Below, piece after piece: positions 7,569-17,949 of a stretch of DNA of 64,000 nucleotides. Source of the DNA: a virus (Duplodnaviria > Heunggongvirae > Uroviricota > Caudoviricetes); the IMG/VR virus record IMGVR_UViG_3300027917_003468, positions 1-64,000 of that record. One strand, 5' to 3'. The notes below the pieces were generated by a model. The model was not told the DNA's origin. It made no database searches and was given only the letters and a program-made list of their open reading frames with translations. A program made the position numbers and the translations under genes. The stretch's first letter is position 1; the number at the start of each line of letters is the position of its first letter.

Positions 7569-8036
7569 TCAAAAAAAATTGAAATTTTTTATATCCTTGA
7601 CAATATCCTGCCAGAATCTCTCTCGTAGCCACTTATCCATTACGGTGATAAGGTGTTGGTAGCTTTCGGTAGGCAGGGATACTTCATATTTTGCTGCTCG
7701 AACAATATCATCCCTCGTTCCTTTGATTTGGTCGGTTATAAGCCATTGAGCAGAGTCAAATAGCTTTCGGTTATGGATGATCTCGAACTTGAATTGCGGG
7801 TTTTCACTATCAGCCCAGAGACGGAAGAGATAGGGATAGGGACGGATACGTGGATGTTTGTAATCTTCGTATGCCCAGAGAACACGCCAGTACTCGATTA
7901 CGTCAGGGTTATATTCCGGTTCTACCCAATTAGTGTCTTCGTAATAGCGTGTGGTTTGGTCCTGGGTTTTAGGTATTGGTATTACAGGGATCAAGGCGGC
8001 TGCAGGTAGAGCTCGTAAGAATTCACGTCTTTTCAT
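7569..8036 (-). CDS. secreted protein with Tat-like signal (MKRREFLRALPAAALIP)
   Basis: Internal Met gives an RREFL twin-arginine-like signal peptide; the longer track ORF (to 8189) would overlap the upstream gene extensively. Confidence 0.4.
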   Translation of the reverse strand: MKRREFLRALPAAALIPVIPIPKTQDQTTRYYEDTNWVEPEYNPDVIEYWRVLWAYEDYKHPRIRPYPYLFRLWADSENPQFKFEIIHNRKLFDSAQWLITDQIKGTRDDIVRAAKYEVSLPTESYQHLITVMDKWLRERFWQDIVKDIKNFNFF

Positions 8037-9231
8037 CTTGGGACTCCTTTGTGGTTTCGGGTTTCGTTCTTCTAGGGTTGTCAGGGATTCTAAAGTTAGG
8101 GCCGGTCCAGCTTGATATACCACTCTTACGGGCAGAGTGGGCGTATCGGTAAGTATGTCGGTGACGTCCAAGGATTCGTGCTTGGGCATTTAGGTCTGCT
8201 TGTAATCTTCGGTCAGTCCTCATAAGATATCTAGTGCTTTTCTCCAGTAAGATTAATCCCTTGTCCAGACCCCTTACCACTTTTGCCTGTTCTGTCACAT
8301 ACTCATGCAGGTACTCTCTACTGGCTGTTAGCTGCCGTATTGTCTTCTCTATGCTGCTGGTCTTGTAAGTTTGCTCTCGTAACTCCCGGCCTAACCGTTT
8401 CACCTCCTTTTCTAGGGCGGCTACTTGCTCTTTCATTTGTATGTCCTCCATTTCCGGCGGGACTATGAAGATCTCGCCATCAGGTCTATCCACTTCTGCC
8501 CGTTCTCTTAAATACGCCCTTTTCAGCTTCTCCAGTCCTTCCCGTTCGATCTGCCGTACCCGTTCCTTTGTTATGTCCATCTTCTGAGCAAGGCATTCGA
8601 GGGATATAGGATCGTCTTCTAACCCATCTAAGCCAAATCGATTCCTGAGGATGTACTGGTATCGATAATCCAAGCCTCCTAATGCCATTTTGAGGTAGTA
8701 CTTGTCTTCTTCTTTTAGTAAGAGCTCTTCAGGGCTCTCGGGTAAGGTATGGACATTGGCAAAAGCAAGTGCCTCGGATTTGGATACTTCGAGCTCGTAA
8801 TAGTTCTGCTTGGGGCTTCGGAACTCCTCAGGGAATAGATCTTCAGGTAACACGCCTAATGCCTCGGCCAGAAGACCTGCCGATTTGATCCAGTACAGGC
8901 CTTCGTAGCCGATGACAGGCTTATTCTTGTGGCCTCTGTGCTTGGCGCTTTTGGTGATCAGATCTTTCTTGAAGTTGAGTAAGCCCCCTACGGTTGAAGC
9001 GTCGATACCGGTTCTCCTGGCAAGTTCGCTCTGGTTGATGTTGCCCCACTTGTTCTTGACCAAGGTCCAGATGCGGTTGTTCTGTAACCTGACCTTTACC
9101 AGGAGATCTTTGGAAATTGTACTGTACTGATCATAAATGAACGGGACAGGTAGATCGTCCATAGCCCTTCTTTTCCTTACACCCTCAAGCTGTAGGTTGT
9201 GGTTGTATGGGCTATCCTTTCTTACTGTCAA
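8023..9231 (-). CDS. sigma-70 region-4-containing transcription regulator (N-terminal HTH + sigma region 4 + coiled coil)
   Basis: ILRNRFGLDGLEDDPISLECLAQKMDITKERVRQIEREGLEKLKRA is a typical region-4 HTH. Confidence 0.6.
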   Translation of the reverse strand: MTVRKDSPYNHNLQLEGVRKRRAMDDLPVPFIYDQYSTISKDLLVKVRLQNNRIWTLVKNKWGNINQSELARRTGIDASTVGGLLNFKKDLITKSAKHRGHKNKPVIGYEGLYWIKSAGLLAEALGVLPEDLFPEEFRSPKQNYYELEVSKSEALAFANVHTLPESPEELLLKEEDKYYLKMALGGLDYRYQYILRNRFGLDGLEDDPISLECLAQKMDITKERVRQIEREGLEKLKRAYLRERAEVDRPDGEIFIVPPEMEDIQMKEQVAALEKEVKRLGRELREQTYKTSSIEKTIRQLTASREYLHEYVTEQAKVVRGLDKGLILLEKSTRYLMRTDRRLQADLNAQARILGRHRHTYRYAHSARKSGISSWTGPNFRIPDNPRRTKPETTKESQDEKT

Positions 9232-9637
9232 ATATATACCACAAAATTTTAAAACTTGTGGGATTGGAGGTACATACTCATTTGTTGACCCTCTTTATAC
9301 CACGAGAATTGCACCTTGTCAATATCTTTATTAAAAAATTTTATAGGCATATTCTAAATGGATGTTTTATACCATAAAACACTTTTGAGTAAATGGCTTC
9401 TTATTTTTTTGTGCGATTGCGTCATCCAGCTGTTCCTTAGCTCAACGCCACACATGATCAAATACTGTCTCAAAATCATCAAGCGGGTAGGTTTCTTGAA
9501 GGTTAAACTCATCTCCGTTTGTCTTTACCTGAATGCGCAGCTCGAAAGTGGATGGCCTTTCGAAGTATCTTACCACTCTAATTTTCACTTCATTCAGAAT
9601 CATCTACATCCTCCTCAAGTCTTGGTAGCATAGCATC

Positions 9638-10264
9638 CTAACAGTTCCCATCATGAACTTCGTAAATATAGCCACATACTGAACATCTCACTGTATAGTC
9701 CCATTCGATTGCGTTCATACAATCCATACTATAAACAGGGTAAGAATTATAATTATAGACGTTGATATTTCTGAAGATGGTAGTTCGGGGGCATCCGCAT
9801 TTGACCAGGTATGCTTCCTCCCAGACACGTTTGAGTTTGGAATGTTTATCATACCACTCCCTGTCTCTTGGAAGCATATAACTGACTCGGTCGGGTGCTG
9901 GTTTCATCCAGTCCCGTTTGAACTCATAAGCTACCCGTCTGGCTTCTGACAGGCATCGGTTGATCCACCAGTCTTCGTCTCCGTCTACTACAAACCGGTC
10001 GATATCATTACAGTGGCATCCTTTATGGTGTAGGGTAACTTCCTCAACACCGCCTGGATCATCTTCTAGTGGATCAGAAGCGCCACAATTAGGGCACCCG
10101 TTGTCAGGATAGTTACATACACCACATACAATACAGTCAAAAGAATGCCAATCATCTTTCTCATGTACAGTCAAGGCTTCACAACTACCGCACCAGCGAT
10201 AGCCTTCGGGTACTTGAACCACACCCTCTTTCACAGTTAATTCGGGATAGCTTTTTTTGTTCAT
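9638..10264 (-). CDS. cysteine-rich hypothetical protein
   Basis: Many CxxC pairs; no recognised family. Confidence 0.5.
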   Translation of the reverse strand: MNKKSYPELTVKEGVVQVPEGYRWCGSCEALTVHEKDDWHSFDCIVCGVCNYPDNGCPNCGASDPLEDDPGGVEEVTLHHKGCHCNDIDRFVVDGDEDWWINRCLSEARRVAYEFKRDWMKPAPDRVSYMLPRDREWYDKHSKLKRVWEEAYLVKCGCPRTTIFRNINVYNYNSYPVYSMDCMNAIEWDYTVRCSVCGYIYEVHDGNC

Positions 10265-10311
10265 CTCTCGAATTTGTTTATTCTATAGATTTTGCGGTCG
10301 GCGTCACAAAA

Positions 10312-11178
10312 TTACTTCACACCATCTAGACTGATAAGAAATCCGCCATTAGCTCCTGCCAGTCTCGGTACTGCTCCGTCCCATTTATCAATCATTCGAT
10401 ATTGTACAAGAGTATCTGTCAAAGATGCAGCTACAATTTTATTGGCTTTGGCCTGGGCTTCAGCTTCAATCAATGTAGATTCAGCATTTCCTCTCGCTTC
10501 GGCGATTTTCTTTTGAGCCTCGGCCTTTTTTTCTTTAATCTCATTTTCTCTTTGCTGAGCTCTTTGGACCGCCTCTATTTTTGCGTTTAGAGCTGCTACA
10601 ACACTGCCTGGAAGACGAAGACTGCCGATAAAATAAAGTCTTTCCAAGTCAATACCGATAGGAGCAACCTGTTCTCTAATCAGATCTTCGGCAGCACTTA
10701 ATATTTCCATTTTACCTGGACCGTAGACAAACTCAACTTCTTTTTGGCTACATATAGTATTAAGAGCATCACGAGCCATATTTCGTAGGTAAACGTCTGT
10801 AATCTCGTCAACACCACGGCGGTACTTCTGAAAGACCGTGTCTACTTTATCGGGCTCGATCTTGTAGGATATTCCAACATCTGCTCCGATAGTTAGTCCT
10901 TCCTTAGTCTGCATGGTAATGGATTCATCATCTGTTGAACCTTCCCGTGAATCGGCGGTCCAGACATAATTCTGCGTGAAGGTAGGAAACTGATAGACTG
11001 AATAAGTAATACCTAACCAGACATACCCTACACCAACTTCTTCAGTCTCCACTCCTTTCTCGCTCCCGAATTTGTTTACTTTCACTCCTCGATATCCCGG
11101 TTGAATCCGAACACATCCCAGAGCTGTCACTGCTATGATAAGTGACAGCATTAGCAAGATCTTTAAGTGCTTTGTCAT
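10312..11178 (-). CDS. SPFH/band-7 (HflC/stomatin-like) lipoprotein
   Basis: Signal peptide plus lipobox ALGC; SPFH-like core; C-terminal coiled coil. Confidence 0.65.
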   Translation of the reverse strand: MTKHLKILLMLSLIIAVTALGCVRIQPGYRGVKVNKFGSEKGVETEEVGVGYVWLGITYSVYQFPTFTQNYVWTADSREGSTDDESITMQTKEGLTIGADVGISYKIEPDKVDTVFQKYRRGVDEITDVYLRNMARDALNTICSQKEVEFVYGPGKMEILSAAEDLIREQVAPIGIDLERLYFIGSLRLPGSVVAALNAKIEAVQRAQQRENEIKEKKAEAQKKIAEARGNAESTLIEAEAQAKANKIVAASLTDTLVQYRMIDKWDGAVPRLAGANGGFLISLDGVK

Positions 11179-11347
11179 AATTGAACCTCCTTAAGATACG
11201 GGTTAAAAGGAATATGGTAAAGGCAGCGACGCCGACCGCTCCAATAGCAGCTGCGGGGGTGTTCTTCATTGAAATTAACCACGGACCTAAGAACCCATAA
11301 ACTAAAACACATGCAATAAGCCAAAAAAGGAAGGTTAAGATCTTCAT
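11042..11347 (-). CDS. small two-TM membrane protein (NfeD-like partner?)
   Basis: Two hydrophobic helices; overlaps the SPFH gene by ~137 nt so the extent is uncertain. Confidence 0.3.
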   Translation of the reverse strand: MKILTFLFWLIACVLVYGFLGPWLISMKNTPAAAIGAVGVAAFTIFLLTRILRRFNYDKALKDLANAVTYHSSDSSGMCSDSTGISRSESKQIRERERSGD

Positions 11348-11730
11348 ATTACTCTCCTTTTCTTTTCCAACTCCTTACGAAAATCTTCAAACATCTTCTT
11401 GTGGAGGGTCTGTAGGCAAAGGTCGATGTTTCTCATAGCCTCAAGTTTATCTACTACGAGGCTAGGTGCATTAAGGCAATAGTTCACCTCATATCGCTTT
11501 TCATCCGTTGTTTTCGACCACGCCAGTACATGAAGGCCATGGTCTATTACAGCTTCTGCCTTAGCCATAACACTGAAGCGAACCTCATGATATGGAATGG
11601 ATAACTCTATCTCAGAGGGTTCCCAGTATGGGGGGACAAAGCTAGGTTTGTTATATCTCTCTGAAAACTCCAATCGCTTTCGTAGCCTATCGTTTTCCTC
11701 TTCTAGAAACATTTCATATACTGTTTTCAT
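11344..11730 (-). CDS. hypothetical protein
   Basis: ORF in operon context. Confidence 0.45.
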   Translation of the reverse strand: MKTVYEMFLEEENDRLRKRLEFSERYNKPSFVPPYWEPSEIELSIPYHEVRFSVMAKAEAVIDHGLHVLAWSKTTDEKRYEVNYCLNAPSLVVDKLEAMRNIDLCLQTLHKKMFEDFRKELEKKRRVI

Positions 11731-12179
11731 AATTTGCGGTATCCTATTTTGACCAGCAATTTACACAGATATCAGTTTGTACAATCTCTGGATGCTGTTC
11801 TCTTAAGATATGTTTCTCCCCATCTGCATCTTCATATATTTTTACTACTATGAGTAACATTAACATTATTCTTTAATGTTAATGTTACTCATACAGATAT
11901 TAAAGGCAAAGCACCAATTCCATTTTGGATCAGGTAAACATAGAATACTTTCAGGTGTCACTAGTTTAAAGTAGCACCCAACAATAACCCAAGAAAATGG
12001 CGGTAAGTAAGTTTTCTCTGTGACGATAATACGTTCTTTATAGAGATAACCATGCCTCTTGAGTTTTTGGATCCAAGGCTGTTCTGTCCATGAAAGTGGT
12101 ATATGTATTGTTGCGGCGGTTGGTAGAATAATTGCACTTTTTAGAAACTCACGTCTGGTTACCACACCTTCTCCCCCAT

Positions 12180-12395
12180 TTAGAAACAGCTCGCCGGTTT
12201 TCCTGTTGAGCCTTGAGTAACACATCGAGAGCATACCATTCCTGTTTCGGTTTTCTCTCCGGTTCTTACTATCTTCTGTTTACCCTCCTCATCGGTTTGG
12301 ATCTCACAACACTCCACCATATACTCAGCTAGTACCATCTGCCCACCGCACCAGCACAGATCATTCAGGGGACATAGAACTCGTTCAAGTTTCAT
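12180..12395 (-). CDS. small Cys-rich protein
   Basis: CxxC..CC..C pattern. Confidence 0.3.
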   Translation of the reverse strand: MKLERVLCPLNDLCWCGGQMVLAEYMVECCEIQTDEEGKQKIVRTGEKTETGMVCSRCVTQGSTGKPASCF

Positions 12396-12904
12396 CTCTT
12401 ATCCTCTCTTATCCTCTTACAGTATCGTAGCCAACCTTCCTTATCTTTCTCTACGAGGAAAGGTTTGACCAACTCCCCAATTCTGATAGCATTTTGGTAC
12501 CAGATATATCCTTCTCCTTGTTCTCCCCAAAGGTTATCCATCCCTAAACACTTACCAAGAGCTGCAATACTGGCTCCAGGGAAAGATTTATTCAAGAGCT
12601 CTTCACTATGCTCAAATATCCAATCCAGATCCGACTGTTCAGCAATACGAGCTTCTATCTCAGCCTTCCACACATCGATAAGATCTGTACGCCCCTTTTC
12701 GATGAGGATCAGGTTTTCTTCGTCATACCAAGAGCATTGTCCCTTGTTTTTGATAAGAAGACAATACTCCGGTGCGTCGGTACCACCGTATTTGTCTGCA
12801 TATGAGTACATTACAATTGCATCAGCACCGGAGATAAAATGACTCATATACTCTGGTAGCTTATCAACTATCTTTACTAGATCTCCCCTTTGAAACTTCT
12901 GCAT
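12392..12904 (-). CDS. hypothetical protein
   Basis: ORF, operon context. Confidence 0.5.
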   Translation of the reverse strand: MQKFQRGDLVKIVDKLPEYMSHFISGADAIVMYSYADKYGGTDAPEYCLLIKNKGQCSWYDEENLILIEKGRTDLIDVWKAEIEARIAEQSDLDWIFEHSEELLNKSFPGASIAALGKCLGMDNLWGEQGEGYIWYQNAIRIGELVKPFLVEKDKEGWLRYCKRIREDKR

Positions 12905-13331
12905 CTGCTGGATCCTCTTTTCGCTGGAATATGCTTGCTCGGTGCTTTTCTATGTTAATCTTTTTCTGGTAGCAATAATCTCTTCCTTCTTCCAGAATTC
13001 CAATAAAGGAATTCAGGTGTTTCTCATCAATAATCATTAAGTCAGTATTCATCTCAAGATAACCGGTGAAGAGAAGACGTATTACAGCACCAAGTCTTCT
13101 CCAGTAATTTGTAATACGGTTCCGCAAGTCACAAAGGAATTTGCCATAACTATAATTAGGGTAGTAATACATATCACCATAGATTGTAAGTTGTACTCCC
13201 CATTCCTTATTAAGTTCTATATCTACTGTCCAATTGTGTCTCGGATCACTGCAATTACAAAGGAGCTGATAGGTTTTGGACATGTCAGTTTCGTAATCGA
13301 GCGCTACCTTATATACGGCCTTCTCTTGCAT
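12864..13331 (-). CDS. hypothetical protein
   Basis: ORF. Confidence 0.45.
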   Translation of the reverse strand: MQEKAVYKVALDYETDMSKTYQLLCNCSDPRHNWTVDIELNKEWGVQLTIYGDMYYYPNYSYGKFLCDLRNRITNYWRRLGAVIRLLFTGYLEMNTDLMIIDEKHLNSFIGILEEGRDYCYQKKINIEKHRASIFQRKEDPADAEVSKGRSSKDS

Positions 13332-13334
13332 TAC

Positions 13335-13526
13335 TTACTCCTCGTTGATGTGCTTATCCCACGCTTCACGATAGGTCAATTCTGTATGAATGGCACTGGC
13401 TCCTTCTGGATAGTTTTGAGAGAACCACATCTGATCAAGAAGCCATACAAGATAAGAGTTTGGTACATCCTCAATATCTTGTCCTTTGAATTTACCGAAA
13501 GGGAGTGTAAAAAGACTTTCTGCCAT
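13335..13526 (-). CDS. hypothetical small protein
   Basis: ORF tightly packed. Confidence 0.35.
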   Translation of the reverse strand: MAESLFTLPFGKFKGQDIEDVPNSYLVWLLDQMWFSQNYPEGASAIHTELTYREAWDKHINEE

Positions 13527-13537
13527 AGCTTATTCCT

Positions 13538-13825
13538 CTACTCCGGTATAGTCTTTAGCCATTCACCAACATCCCACACAGAAATGAGGAACATCATCTT
13601 ATTATAGGATGGAAGAGATTCATACCAGTCGTAATACCGTTTCCAGTTCCCATCTTCATTCTCGATAGCTTCTTTCGCCTTTATGCTGGCTGCTCGAAGT
13701 AGTATCTGTCTGGCATTGAATACCCATCGATTTCTAATAAAGAATATAATAGAGATGCCGAATCCTGTAATAGCTCCAAGAAATAATATCTGTGTAGCGG
13801 TCAAAACTGAGCCTTCTATAGTCAT
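13538..13825 (-). CDS. small membrane protein
   Basis: One TM segment. Confidence 0.4.
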   Translation of the reverse strand: MTIEGSVLTATQILFLGAITGFGISIIFFIRNRWVFNARQILLRAASIKAKEAIENEDGNWKRYYDWYESLPSYNKMMFLISVWDVGEWLKTIPE

Positions 13826-13849
13826 GATTGAATTCCTCTTTTCTTATGT

Positions 13850-14182
13850 CTAGAAATAATCCTTGTCTACATTGGGGAGTTTTACCTCCTTGAACCATAA
13901 CGACAAGAGATAGGCGCATCCCGCTTCTTTGTGCTCGTGCTTAGGTTCGAAAGAGCGTAAGACAGCGGCAATGTGTCGAAGCGCTTTTTCTGCATTAATC
14001 CCATCTTTGGCGATAAAGTTGGTGTTTTTGGGCAGTCCATCAAAGAACCACTTGGAAATAATCCTGTTCCAGTCAGTCTTAAATCGCTGAAATTCTTCGG
14101 GAAGATCTTCATAAGGAGGCAAGAGCTCTTTGATCCTACCACCAAATGCCAATTCAACATCAGTGACTTCTTGTGGTTCCAT
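13850..14182 (-). CDS. hypothetical protein
   Basis: ORF. Confidence 0.4.
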   Translation of the reverse strand: MEPQEVTDVELAFGGRIKELLPPYEDLPEEFQRFKTDWNRIISKWFFDGLPKNTNFIAKDGINAEKALRHIAAVLRSFEPKHEHKEAGCAYLLSLWFKEVKLPNVDKDYF

Positions 14183-14205
14183 AGCCTTCCCCTATTGAAG
14201 ATTTA

Positions 14206-14658
14206 CTATAATTCTATATCCTTGGAATTGTCAACTTTTAATTTGGAGGATTTGGGCTTATTTGTGGGTTTAGACTGCTTTATTACAGGTGCTTCAGAAT
14301 CGATTGTATCTTCAATACTTAGCTCAATTAGTTGTATTTCGTCATTCCATTTTACAGTATGGAGAGTTCTTTCATTAGGAGTAAGCCCATAATGTTTCAA
14401 GAAGGCTCGTCCATGTACAGTACCATATCTCGTATTGGATCTCTTTTGGATACTATAGGTATATTGGGCTTTTCTGTTTACTGGCATAATACCTACTTTT
14501 TTACTTTCATCGTCATAATATAACTCAACGTACTGATGATCTTTGATAAACTTTTCTAAACATTGCTCGTTAAGATTAAACATTCCATTTTTTGTAATTG
14601 ATATCGCTGGAAATGGAAGAGCTCTGTAATTACTTGTCTTGAATTGTTTGAATGCCAT
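14206..14658 (-). CDS. hypothetical protein (start at internal Met MAFKQF)
   Basis: Trimmed to avoid a large overlap with the sigma-54 activator gene. Confidence 0.4.
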   Translation of the reverse strand: MAFKQFKTSNYRALPFPAISITKNGMFNLNEQCLEKFIKDHQYVELYYDDESKKVGIMPVNRKAQYTYSIQKRSNTRYGTVHGRAFLKHYGLTPNERTLHTVKWNDEIQLIELSIEDTIDSEAPVIKQSKPTNKPKSSKLKVDNSKDIEL

Positions 14659-15664
14659 GACCAATCTCCTTTCCCGTCCGTTCTCGGTACCGTTGAAGTT
14701 TGTAATGCAATTTACTTTTACTAATACCCAGTTCACATGCTGCAGCCTTTTGTACAAATCCAGTCTTTTTTAGACTACGTAAGATCCATTCCAATTCTAT
14801 ATCCTCTAGTGCCTCTGTCATCTTGTTAGTGTAGCCGTTCGTACTTAGATGTTCTACAGTATGTGTTATGAGCTTCTTGGTGTCCGTAGGGATGGTGCTT
14901 GCAAGAACAGCATCTTTCTTGTGGAATAATATATGATCTTCCTTAATCTGATCATCAAAACAGAATAACACTGCTTGTTCCAGTACGCTTTTCAGTTCTC
15001 GTATATTTCCAGGCCATAGGTAGTGTTGTAATTTTTCTATAGCTGCTTTAGAGAACGATTTTATTGTACGCTGTTTATTGTATCTCTCTCTGAATATGGT
15101 TACATAGTGTTTTACTAATAGTGGGATATCTTCTAATCTATCTCTTAATGTCGGAACCTGTATTGTTGTGGTATTCAAACGGTAAAAGAGATCATCTCTA
15201 AATTTGTTCTGGTTAATCAACGTAATCATATCTTTGTTTGATAACGAAATAAATCGAGTATTGATATGAAAGGATTCGGTCCCACCTACCATTTCAAATT
15301 GCTGATTCTCCACTACTCTTAAAATCTTGGCTTGTACTGCCCAGCTCATATTCGAAATTTCATCCAGTACCAATGTTCCCTGGTCGGCAATGTGTAGCTT
15401 TCCTAATTTTCTTGTACTGGCATCTGTGAAGGCTCCTTTTACATGTCCAAACAATTCGGATTCTAATAGAGAGTCTTGTATAGCAGCGCAGTTTACTTTG
15501 ACTAGTTTATTTCTTATCCTTGCACTTTGTCTGTGCAGCTCATCTGCCACTAATTCTTTTCCTACTCCTGTTTCTCCTAGAACCAGTACAGGAATGGAGG
15601 AAGGAGCAACAAGCTTTATTTTTTCTTTTACTTCTTTGATTGCTTCACTTTTTCCTACTATCAC
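14630..15664 (-). CDS. sigma-54-dependent transcriptional activator (bEBP AAA+ domain + C-terminal Fis-type HTH; no receiver domain)
   Basis: Walker A GETGVGKE; ESELFGHVKGAFTDA (GAFTGA-like); Walker B LVLDE; C-terminal HTH AAACELGISKSKLHYKL. Confidence 0.8.
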   Translation of the reverse strand: MIVGKSEAIKEVKEKIKLVAPSSIPVLVLGETGVGKELVADELHRQSARIRNKLVKVNCAAIQDSLLESELFGHVKGAFTDASTRKLGKLHIADQGTLVLDEISNMSWAVQAKILRVVENQQFEMVGGTESFHINTRFISLSNKDMITLINQNKFRDDLFYRLNTTTIQVPTLRDRLEDIPLLVKHYVTIFRERYNKQRTIKSFSKAAIEKLQHYLWPGNIRELKSVLEQAVLFCFDDQIKEDHILFHKKDAVLASTIPTDTKKLITHTVEHLSTNGYTNKMTEALEDIELEWILRSLKKTGFVQKAAACELGISKSKLHYKLQRYRERTGKEIGHGIQTIQDK

Positions 15665-15765
15665 AAACTGTTCCGTCCTTGTTCACCTCATTTTGTGGAT
15701 CTGCCGATAACTCCATCCGCATATACAGAGCGTATCCCAACAATGCTCACAATCAGCCATTCCCA

Positions 15766-16140
15766 TTATTTATCCTCTCCTGCCTGTTCCCAGATACAAT
15801 GTTGGCAACGAGTCATAAACCAGCCGTTCTTATCATGGAGGGTTGCCCAGGTACTTCCACATCTCTCACATATGTAACTAGAGAGCCATTCGACAAAATG
15901 AATAGTTTTATGTGCAGCCTCATTTCCTCCCTCATAATAAAACCGTAGAGTCCCGAATTTTTCTTTTACCTGGATGGCTTTGACCTGTGGCATATTCTGT
16001 TGGTCGGTTAGATGCTGTAAGTACTTTGAGAGCCGGTCAATTAACCAGCTCCATCCGTCCAAATGCTCGAAGATGAAGTCTTTGTCGTAAATCTTTGAAT
16101 ACTTCCAGATAAGTTCTTTACGTAGTTCGTGACTCAGCAT
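15766..16140 (-). CDS. hypothetical Zn-binding protein
   Basis: CERCG...CQHC. Confidence 0.4.
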   Translation of the reverse strand: MLSHELRKELIWKYSKIYDKDFIFEHLDGWSWLIDRLSKYLQHLTDQQNMPQVKAIQVKEKFGTLRFYYEGGNEAAHKTIHFVEWLSSYICERCGSTWATLHDKNGWFMTRCQHCIWEQAGEDK

Positions 16141-16158
16141 GTTGTCTCCTATCTACGT

Positions 16159-16368
16159 CTACCAGTCCGTATTTTTTCTATATTTAAGAATTTGCTCTAC
16201 TGCTGTACTTATTACTTGAGAGAATTCATGGATAGAGTAGGCTATTGCAAGTAACCCACGAGAAATCATTCTACCGTCACTAGTAAGACCACGGTCGATT
16301 TTTTCTTCTATCACTTGTAACTTTGATTCGGTAAACCCCCGAATATATGATCTCTCCTCCAAATCCAT
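16159..16368 (-). CDS. hypothetical small protein
   Basis: ORF. Confidence 0.3.
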   Translation of the reverse strand: MDLEERSYIRGFTESKLQVIEEKIDRGLTSDGRMISRGLLAIAYSIHEFSQVISTAVEQILKYRKNTDW

Positions 16369-16371
16369 TTA

Positions 16372-17343
16372 CTATGTCTCCGCTTTTTTAATTTGTTTTG
16401 CGGGAACTCCAGCCACAACTACATTAGGGGGGACATCATCAATTACAACGGCTCCCATACCCACTACACAATCCTTTCCGAGTCTTAGGCCGTTAAGGAT
16501 GGAAGCGCTGGGACCAACCCATACACAGTCTCCCATCTCAACACTTCCTCCAATCATGGCAAGAGCTACAATAGCGCAGCTTTTGCCAATCTTACAGTTA
16601 TGCGCTATATGCACCAAGTTATCGATTTTACTTCCTTCCCCTATTATAGTATCTCCTAGAGCTCCTCTGTCCACACAGGTATTTGCTTGTATCTCAACAC
16701 GATCCTCAATGATTACTCGACCTAGTTGTGGAAATTTTATAAGGTTGCCAGATGAAGTTCGCCACATTCCAAATCCGTCTGCTCCAATAATCGTACCAGC
16801 GTGGATAGTAACATCTTTACCTATTACTGTTTTAGGATGAATATGTGTATGTCCATGGAGACAACAATGGCTACCTACTTCACAGTTATTACCTACATAT
16901 GCAAATGGGCCTATGTAAGAGCTCGGATCGATTTTTGCTGAGGGCTCTATGATAGCTGAAGGATGGATCCCACCTAAGAATATGGAGCTGAAAAGTTTTG
17001 CTACCTCAATAAAGGCAAGTCTTGGGTTATCAACAAAAATTAATGTACTTGAAGTTATCCCACTGCAAACACGTTGGAGACTTGTTGGGCATATAATAGC
17101 TGATGCACGGCTGGTTTTAATTTTCTCCTGGCTTTGTATCATTTGATCTTGAGTGAATTCGGGGATCTCATCAATTATATCTAAGGGTCTCCGCTTTCGA
17201 TTACTAATACCTGGGAAATCGCAAAATGTAATTGTCCCTGTATCAGCCTCATGAATCGGCGCAACACGGTGGATTTCTATATCGAGATTGCCCCAGGTTG
17301 TATAAGGACAGCTAATTCTCTGGAGGATTACTTGTAGATTCAT
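16372..17343 (-). CDS. left-handed beta-helix (hexapeptide-repeat) sugar N-acyltransferase, LpxD/PglD-like
   Basis: Long run of [LIV]GxxxxI hexapeptides; C-terminal [10 protein letters not shown]. Confidence 0.7.
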   Translation of the reverse strand: MNLQVILQRISCPYTTWGNLDIEIHRVAPIHEADTGTITFCDFPGISNRKRRPLDIIDEIPEFTQDQMIQSQEKIKTSRASAIICPTSLQRVCSGITSSTLIFVDNPRLAFIEVAKLFSSIFLGGIHPSAIIEPSAKIDPSSYIGPFAYVGNNCEVGSHCCLHGHTHIHPKTVIGKDVTIHAGTIIGADGFGMWRTSSGNLIKFPQLGRVIIEDRVEIQANTCVDRGALGDTIIGEGSKIDNLVHIAHNCKIGKSCAIVALAMIGGSVEMGDCVWVGPSASILNGLRLGKDCVVGMGAVVIDDVPPNVVVAGVPAKQIKKAET

Positions 17344-17949
17344 CTAGTCAACCCACCTTTTTATAATAAATGCCTCTGCGTGGACTACTCCGATATGCTG
17401 CCCACGTAAACGAGCCAATGCTTCAATCTGTTCTAAGGATCGGTGCTGTCTAACTAATGTTTTATAGCGTCTGTAGGCTTCTAACTTTTGCTCTATATTG
17501 ATAGGTACAAAGTAATTAACTTCATAGTCCATGTTGTACCAGAAACAATCGAGCAGTTCATAGACAAGTACCTTCTTTACAAAAAATATTTCATCGTGTG
17601 GCCTGAGAGCTGTCATAGCAGTATCGTAGATAAGACGGTGATCTTGATTGTACGAAGGATATGGCAAGAAGATGCGGTCAGGTTGCTGCTCATTGATAAT
17701 TTTTTGGAACACATTAACCCAATATTGTTCGCCATAGTACTGGTAGCGATTAGCTTCTATACGGAACTCGCTATCCCAGGAGTATTTTAGAAATTCAGCA
17801 ACAGTTTTGAGATCGTCGATTAGATGTTCCTTGGTTACGTGGGGGAGTAGATTAAGACCACAAAAATACACATGGGAAGAAGAACTGAGTATGCCTCCGC
17901 ACCCAAGTACTTCGTCATCTACGTGGGGAGATATAATAAGATCTTTCAC
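17344..17949 (-). CDS. PIG-L/LmbE-family deacetylase
   Basis: N-terminal SPHVDDEVLGCGG motif. Confidence 0.65.
   Translation of the reverse strand: MKDLIISPHVDDEVLGCGGILSSSSHVYFCGLNLLPHVTKEHLIDDLKTVAEFLKYSWDSEFRIEANRYQYYGEQYWVNVFQKIINEQQPDRIFLPYPSYNQDHRLIYDTAMTALRPHDEIFFVKKVLVYELLDCFWYNMDYEVNYFVPINIEQKLEAYRRYKTLVRQHRSLEQIEALARLRGQHIGVVHAEAFIIKRWVD

Noticed and set aside
8037-8189. Long form (206 aa) of ORF 7569..8189
   Set aside because: It would overlap the sigma region-4 gene by ~150 nt. The internal Met gives a clean signal peptide and only a 14-nt overlap.
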